From: Minisyncoccota bacterium
Lineage (GTDB): Bacteria; Patescibacteriota; Minisyncoccia; Phycocordibacterales; PALSA-1337
NCBI GenBank assembly: GCA_041663145.1
Contig: JBAZRG010000001.1
Span: forward strand, 74,467-138,466
Length of the DNA: 64,000 bases
Reading direction: 5' to 3'
Made by a program: the position numbers and the translations under genes. Position 1 is the stretch's first letter, and each line of letters begins with the position of its first letter. Shown in pieces: positions 58,753 to 64,000 of the stretch. The notes below the pieces were generated by a model. That model was not told the origin of the DNA, did no database searches, and worked only from the letters and a program-made list of their open reading frames with translations.

Positions 58753-59991
58753 ATGAAGCGTCAACAAATCGTAAAACAGAATATGCCTGATTCACCGGGG
58801 ATTTATATTTTTCGGGATTACAGAAAACGTCCCATGTATATCGGCAGAGCCACCTCTCTTAACGATCGTGTTAAGAGTTATTTTAGCTATGATCTCATCG
58901 AAACACGCGGTCCGAGAATCGTCGATATGGTCACAAAAGCAAAGTCTTTGACTTGGCAAGTTACAGGTTCTGTTTTGGAAGCAATTCTTTTGGAGAGCAA
59001 TCTGATCAAGCGATATCAGCCTTTTTATAATGTAGATGAAAGAGATGATAAGAGTTCTCAATATGTAGTGATAACCGACGAGCCGTGGCCTAGAATATTT
59101 TTGGAACGTGTTAGGACATTTGATCAGACAAAAGATCAGAATCAATTACCGTATAAGGTGCTCCGATATTTCGGCCCATTCACGGAGATCGGTCTCATAA
59201 AAGAAGCGATGAGAATAATGCGCAAATTGTTTCCGTTTAGGGATAGAAAATCTCGCGATCCGAGACATGAAGAATTTTATAGATCTATAGGCAGATCTCC
59301 GCAAAACACCGATGAAAAATCACATGAAGAATATCTAAAAACCATCAAACATCTCATCTTATTTTTCGAGAGTAAAAGTGACAAACTTATCAAGACTATT
59401 GAAAAGGAAATGAATGCTAATGCCAAACTATTACGATTTGAAAAGGCGGAAGAGAATAGGCGGCTTCTATTTGCTTTGAAACACATAAATGACATGGCTT
59501 TATTGAAACGTCATGCCAATAATTCAGATGGAGTGAATGATCCGTCGAGATCTTTTCGGATTGAATGTTTCGATATAGCCCATCTCTCCGGAACAAATGT
59601 AGTTGGTGTAATGGCGGTCAATATAAATGGAGAGTCAGCAAAATCAGAATATCGGAAATTTTACCTATCGAAACAGGTTAATGATGATCTTCTGGGGCTC
59701 ATGGAAATTGTTTCTAGACGTCTCAATCATTCGGAATGGGCATATCCAGATCTTATAGTTGTTGATGGGAGCGAAAATCATGTCAAAGTGGTGGAATCGA
59801 TATTAAAATCGAGGAGAATCAATATTCCTGTTGTGGCGGTTACAAAAGATGATAGGCACAAGGCTTCACGATTTATCGGGTCAGCGGACTTAATAGAGAA
59901 ATACAAAAATGAAATAATTGCAGTCAACGCTGAAGCGCATCGATTTGCTATAACTTATCATCGACAGAAGAGAAAAATAAAAATCACATAA
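58753..59991 (+). CDS. uvrC: UvrC-like excinuclease subunit (GIY-YIG + UVR + RNase H-like, no HhH tail)
   Basis: 'PGIYIF..YIGRA', 'RIECFDIAH', 'PDLIVVDG', 'EAHRFAITYHR'. Confidence 0.85.
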   Translation: MKRQQIVKQNMPDSPGIYIFRDYRKRPMYIGRATSLNDRVKSYFSYDLIETRGPRIVDMVTKAKSLTWQVTGSVLEAILLESNLIKRYQPFYNVDERDDKSSQYVVITDEPWPRIFLERVRTFDQTKDQNQLPYKVLRYFGPFTEIGLIKEAMRIMRKLFPFRDRKSRDPRHEEFYRSIGRSPQNTDEKSHEEYLKTIKHLILFFESKSDKLIKTIEKEMNANAKLLRFEKAEENRRLLFALKHINDMALLKRHANNSDGVNDPSRSFRIECFDIAHLSGTNVVGVMAVNINGESAKSEYRKFYLSKQVNDDLLGLMEIVSRRLNHSEWAYPDLIVVDGSENHVKVVESILKSRRINIPVVAVTKDDRHKASRFIGSADLIEKYKNEIIAVNAEAHRFAITYHRQKRKIKIT

Positions 59992-60114
59992 AAAATCCCG
60001 AACAACTCACACCTGTCCCTAATAAGCACGTGAATTGCTCTGCAGAGCAATTCACTCTGTCCTCAGTACATCTATACACTATGAATGGTTGGATTGCTAA
60101 TGTACAATATGGTC

Positions 60115-61107
60115 ATGAATCATCGTCTACGAGTCGGAGTATTGCGTGGTGGTCCTTCCAACGAGTATGAGGTATCTCTCAATTCGGGCTCAGCTGTATT
60201 GTCCGCACTGAATAAACATTTTGAAGATCGATACAAACCTCATGACATATTCATCGATCGTGCCGGAACGTGGCATATGGAAGGTTTGGTAATAAAACCC
60301 GAAAATGTAACTCATAAAGTTGATGTGATAGTGAATGCTCTTCATGGTAACTATGGCGAGGACGGCAAAATACAGTCATTCTTGGAATCTCACGGCATAC
60401 CTTTTACTGGTTCAGGTTCTTTGGGATCGGCTATCGGTATGAATAAGAGTTTGACTAAAAAAATACTCAAAGATCACGGAATAAAAAGTCCTTATGGTAT
60501 CGAAATACCATCAAACCGAATACGAGATAATGTTTCAAGTGTTAGAGATGAACTATTTCGATCTTTTTCAATGCCGGCAGTTGTAAAACCAACATCTAGT
60601 GGTTCATCCGTCGGTGTATCGATCGTCAAATATTATGATAGTTTAGTACCAGCTCTCGAGGAAGCGGCCAAACATTCAGGATCTGTTCTAGTTGAAGAAT
60701 TTATCCCTGGTATTGAAGCAACGTGCGGTGTTATCGAGGGATTTAGAGGCAGTGATCTATACGCTTTGCCACCGATAGAGATTCGACCGCAAACTCATTT
60801 CTTTGATTATGAAGCAAAATATTCTGGCAAATCACAGGAAATAGTCCCGGCAACATTTTCTCAAAAGATAAAATCAGCTATTGAGGATATAACAAAAAAG
60901 ATCCACAGCGCTCTGGGTCTCCGTCATTATTCGAGATCCGACTTCATCATTCATCCGAGACGCGGAATCATCTTACTTGAAGTGAATACGTTACCGGGAC
61001 TTACGAACGAATCATTGATACCAAAATCACTGAGAGCCATTGGCAGTGACACGCATGAATTCGTAGATCATCTGATTGGATTGGCGATGGGGAAGAGGAG
61101 GGTGTAG
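60115..61107 (+). CDS. ddl: D-alanine--D-alanine ligase
   Basis: 'GGPSNEYEVSL.SG', 'LHGNYGEDG', 'GSSVGV', 'LEVNTLPG'. Confidence 0.96.
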   Translation: MNHRLRVGVLRGGPSNEYEVSLNSGSAVLSALNKHFEDRYKPHDIFIDRAGTWHMEGLVIKPENVTHKVDVIVNALHGNYGEDGKIQSFLESHGIPFTGSGSLGSAIGMNKSLTKKILKDHGIKSPYGIEIPSNRIRDNVSSVRDELFRSFSMPAVVKPTSSGSSVGVSIVKYYDSLVPALEEAAKHSGSVLVEEFIPGIEATCGVIEGFRGSDLYALPPIEIRPQTHFFDYEAKYSGKSQEIVPATFSQKIKSAIEDITKKIHSALGLRHYSRSDFIIHPRRGIILLEVNTLPGLTNESLIPKSLRAIGSDTHEFVDHLIGLAMGKRRV

Positions 61108-61224
61108 TCGCTCACTGCGTTCGCTCCTTATTTTCGGGTGTTTGTTTGAAAAAATCAAAACCCATTTTGCGGAAAACCCTGACCGAATTAGAGATAATGT
61201 TTTAGGATTTTTTTGTTCATAAAT

Positions 61225-62166
61225 TTACTTTTGAATACAATGTTGGATGAATACCATTACCAGATTTAAGACTAAGCGAGCATTTTTTTCGTTCGCGTAC
61301 TCTTGTTTAGGATGAGCGTCTCCGCTTTTTCCTCGTTCTCGCATAAGAACGGCATCTAAATTTTTAAATATTTCAGAAGAAAATTTGTCCGCTGGTATGG
61401 CGTCTTTTTCTTGTGCTTTTTTTACCAAACTTATAATTCCTTCCGAGCTACCGGATTTACCATCCACGATAATTTGCAAAAAAGCCTGCAGAGCAGTTAC
61501 TGCATGGGTGATTGAATTGCTATAACCCTGGTCGGTTTTTTCTTGATATGCCTTAAATGCGTCTCGCAGGTCACGGTTTACAGGTGCCCATTGTTCTGCT
61601 GACAGAAACTGCAAAACTGGTATATAAATTTCTTTCGTTATCTTTTCATCTTGACGTGGGATAAACTCTTGTCGGGTTAACAATACATTTACACCGTAAT
61701 GCTCGAACACGTCATTTAATCTTTCTGCAAATTTATCAAAATCCTTGTATCGATATTCATTTAGTCTATTTTCAAATTCTTCGTCCGTTTCATTACTTGA
61801 TCTGTATAATGCCTTATCAGCTCTTTCCGCTAAAATTGCTTGGCAAAAACACGAGAACAATTCGAGAAGAACATTTTGCGATTCATTTCTAAAGATGTGT
61901 TCGAAATCCATCCGAGCACTTTGCTCTGTTTGTTCATGTAAAAAATGTTTTCCATACGATCGGTATTTATGATTTTCGTTTAGATAATGAATAGCAAAAA
62001 ATGTCCTTAAATTCTCATCCGAAAAATAATTTTTCAAGTAATGCCAAACATTGTCTTTTTCTTGAATTGAAAGCTCATCCCAGCTTCTGTGGCCAAGTGT
62101 TGGATGTAACTCTTTAAGAGCTTCTGATTGTGTCGCACTCCAAAATTTAAAAATTGAATTACTCAT
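61225..62166 (-). CDS. Hypothetical protein with AbiJ/Abi_C-like C-terminus (putative defence)
   Basis: C-terminal 'NSITHAVTALQAFL...RERGKSGDAHP' resembles the HEPN-like RxxxxH tails of Abi_C/AbiJ proteins; AT-rich. Confidence 0.5.
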   Translation of the reverse strand: MSNSIFKFWSATQSEALKELHPTLGHRSWDELSIQEKDNVWHYLKNYFSDENLRTFFAIHYLNENHKYRSYGKHFLHEQTEQSARMDFEHIFRNESQNVLLELFSCFCQAILAERADKALYRSSNETDEEFENRLNEYRYKDFDKFAERLNDVFEHYGVNVLLTRQEFIPRQDEKITKEIYIPVLQFLSAEQWAPVNRDLRDAFKAYQEKTDQGYSNSITHAVTALQAFLQIIVDGKSGSSEGIISLVKKAQEKDAIPADKFSSEIFKNLDAVLMRERGKSGDAHPKQEYANEKNARLVLNLVMVFIQHCIQK

Positions 62167-62168
62167 AA

Positions 62169-62369
62169 CTATTTCTTCAGTAAATCATCAACCGATACAT
62201 CAAGGGCTTTCGCAATCCTTTGAATCGTCTCAATGGTAGGGTTAGGACTTTCGTCTAACTCTATCTTAACAATCGTATTGAGCGACAAATCGGCAAGTTT
62301 AGAGAGTTTATCTTGCGAAAGCCCTTTATCTAGCCTGTATCGTTTGATGTTTTTGCCTATTGTGGACAT
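62169..62369 (-). CDS. XRE family HTH regulator
   Basis: 'IGKNIKRYR..GLSQDKLSKLAD..TIVKIE....NPTIETI..IAKALDVSVDDLL'. Confidence 0.92.
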   Translation of the reverse strand: MSTIGKNIKRYRLDKGLSQDKLSKLADLSLNTIVKIELDESPNPTIETIQRIAKALDVSVDDLLKK

Positions 62370-62491
62370 AGTAGATTATAATATATGGAAAGTGATATAA
62401 TACTTTTATCACTTGCAAATCAATAATATCAATTCTCCATTCTTTTTTCAATGTAGCCGCCGGGTTTTTTCGCCGAAAATCTGAAATTTTG

Positions 62492-62562
62492 TGGACCCAG
62501 GGAGAATCGGACTCCCGTCTCGGCAATGCGAATGCCGTGTCATACCACTAGACCATAGGCCC
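62492..62562 (-). tRNA. tRNA-Ala(CGC)
   Basis: Acceptor GGGCCTA/TGGGTCC with G3-U70; anticodon arm CGGCA-TTCGCAT-TGCCG; T-loop TCCGATT. Confidence 0.88.
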
Positions 62563-62615
62563 CCATAGTTATTTTATTTAACATAACTATCTTAGCTCAA
62601 TTCTAACCTAAAATG

Positions 62616-62686
62616 TCGGGCTGCCGGGAATCGAACCCGGACCTCACACTCCCGAAGCGTGTATACTACCACTATACTACAGCCCG
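62616..62686 (-). tRNA. tRNA-Pro(CGG)
   Basis: Acceptor CGGGCTG/CAGCCCG; anticodon arm CACGC-TTCGGGA-GTGTG; TTCGATT. Confidence 0.93.
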
Positions 62687-62743
62687 ATTCGTAAAATGAG
62701 AATATCAGTTATTGGATGATTAGTCCATGAATAATTTGCAGTC

Positions 62744-63211
62744 TTAAATTATATTCAATTCCTTGAACCATTCATACATCACCACTTCTAAACCTGGTGA
62801 TTTTTGCCACTCATCTTCGGAGATTTTTCCTTTTAAATATTCTTCTGTTTTTTCAGCCAGAGCTTTGATTTGTTTTTGGTCATACCATCCTGCTTGTTTT
62901 GTCTCATCTTGGCTTCTATTTAATTCACCAGTTGTCTGAATCTCGTATATCTTCCAGAGGTGCCATGAGCCATCTTCTCTCCTGCATTTATTTTCTTTTC
63001 TGCCTTCTATTATCAATTTCAAATTTTTCGCATCCAGACCAACCTCTTCATTGAGTTCACGTATGGCGGCATCTTCAAAACTAGAATCACCGTCAACATG
63101 ACCTGCTGGAATAGCGAATCCATACGGTTCTCTTCCTCGTTCAATGAGAAGAATCTTATCACCATTTTTAACTATCATTCCAACGCTTTTATGATCACAG
63201 ATTTTCGTCAT
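62744..63211 (-). CDS. NUDIX hydrolase
   Basis: Nudix box 'PAGHVDGDSSFEDAAIRELNEEVGL'. Confidence 0.92.
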   Translation of the reverse strand: MTKICDHKSVGMIVKNGDKILLIERGREPYGFAIPAGHVDGDSSFEDAAIRELNEEVGLDAKNLKLIIEGRKENKCRREDGSWHLWKIYEIQTTGELNRSQDETKQAGWYDQKQIKALAEKTEEYLKGKISEDEWQKSPGLEVVMYEWFKELNII

Positions 63212-63363
63212 GTTTATATTGTATTTAAGTCTGACTCGTTCGTTTGAATGATAACTAAAGAAATTTGTTTTCGCAATAAAATTTGCTCTTTGAATTTTTG
63301 TAAAAAAGAAAATGGTGAGAATCATACTGAATTCTCACCACAGTGAACTTATGTTGACGCGAT

Positions 63364-64000
63364 CTAGTTTTGACTGTTTTCGACGTGAAAAGTCATTGCC
63401 TCTTCGACTGATGTGATGTCAAAATCAGCGATTAGCCACAGACCGTCTGGGTCCGCGCTGGAATCGTAGCCGACGATGAGCGGATCGCCCTTCGGAAGTG
63501 GGGTAACCTCATTGAGTGTGAAGCTCCCTGGTTCGGCGATGATGAAAATCATATCGCCGAACAGCTCTCGCGCTTTCTTGATTTTCTCGCGAACTTCACA
63601 CGGAATCAAACCTTTGAACTGGCAGATCAGCTCCAGTCCTTTCCGCGCTGGGCGTTTGGCCGCGAGAAGTTGCAGAACATCCTTGTACTGCTTCGCGATG
63701 TTCCTGGGTAAGTCTGGTTCGATTTTGAAGTCATTACCAGGCATTGCCACCAGACGGCAGGTTGAAGAAGTTAGACTGAAGACCACTAGTCTTGGGAACC
63801 CCTGTGCATCTCTCCATGTCAATGGTTCGAGGCTGAGATGCTGATAGACACTACAAATCCTATTGAGCTTTTGGAGCTGTTCACCCTTTTCTGCGAGAGT
63901 ACGGTGATGATTTTGTACGTCGTGAAGATGAGATGTGAGTGTTCGACTCGCTTCGGCCTCCACACCAAGAAGACCCTCGAGCAGACCTTCGGTGTGGTTA
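63364..64000 (-). CDS. Hypothetical protein, 5' end outside window
   Basis: Frame stays open from 63364 to the window end; terminator TGGTGAGAAT/ATTCTCACCA downstream. Confidence 0.7.
   Translation of the reverse strand, partial: NHTEGLLEGLLGVEAEASRTLTSHLHDVQNHHRTLAEKGEQLQKLNRICSVYQHLSLEPLTWRDAQGFPRLVVFSLTSSTCRLVAMPGNDFKIEPDLPRNIAKQYKDVLQLLAAKRPARKGLELICQFKGLIPCEVREKIKKARELFGDMIFIIAEPGSFTLNEVTPLPKGDPLIVGYDSSADPDGLWLIADFDITSVEEAMTFHVENSQN

Noticed and set aside
60030-60055. Perfect 26 bp palindrome GTGAATTGCTCTGCAGAGCAATTCAC between uvrC and ddl
   Set aside because: Single copy; could be a terminator or operator but nothing supports a specific call

Overview
This 64 kb window looks like chromosome from a small-genome Patescibacteria/CPR bacterium, probably Parcubacteria. 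That call is inferred from gene content and style (standard code, tRNAs without encoded CCA, PriA without Walker A, short UvrC). Core genes: uvrB (partial), uvrA, uvrC-like, alr, rpmG, rarA, miaA, parB, topA, dprA, serS, dus, dnaX, hpf, fmt, def, priA, murA, mreB, holB-like, frr, rseP, proS, clpB, ddl. There are seven tRNAs, an accessory stretch of about 17 kb between tRNA-Gln and tRNA-Asn, and a small HTH + Abi-like islet next to tRNA-Ala. Most of the unexplained signal is non-coding. (1) A ~620 nt element with its own promoter and terminator, no plus-strand ORF in the track, and a chain of G-U-rich hairpins (27397-28016), a candidate large ncRNA. (2) A conserved convergent sRNA cassette (promoter, UUCG hairpin, GNRA hairpin) at the 3' end of both orphan MazF/PemK genes. 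(3) A terminated short leader RNA before a NYN RNase. (4) A His/Trp-rich leader-peptide attenuator before an M20 peptidase. (5) A hairpin family at four tRNA loci, three with duplicated tRNA ends. (6) Long REPIN/MITE-like palindromes with covarying internal structure. (7) Repeated recombinase-tail/att-like scars. (8) About a dozen stand-alone ORFan cassettes, each with a TTGACA-type promoter and a terminator. All calls were made by eye; no database searches were run.
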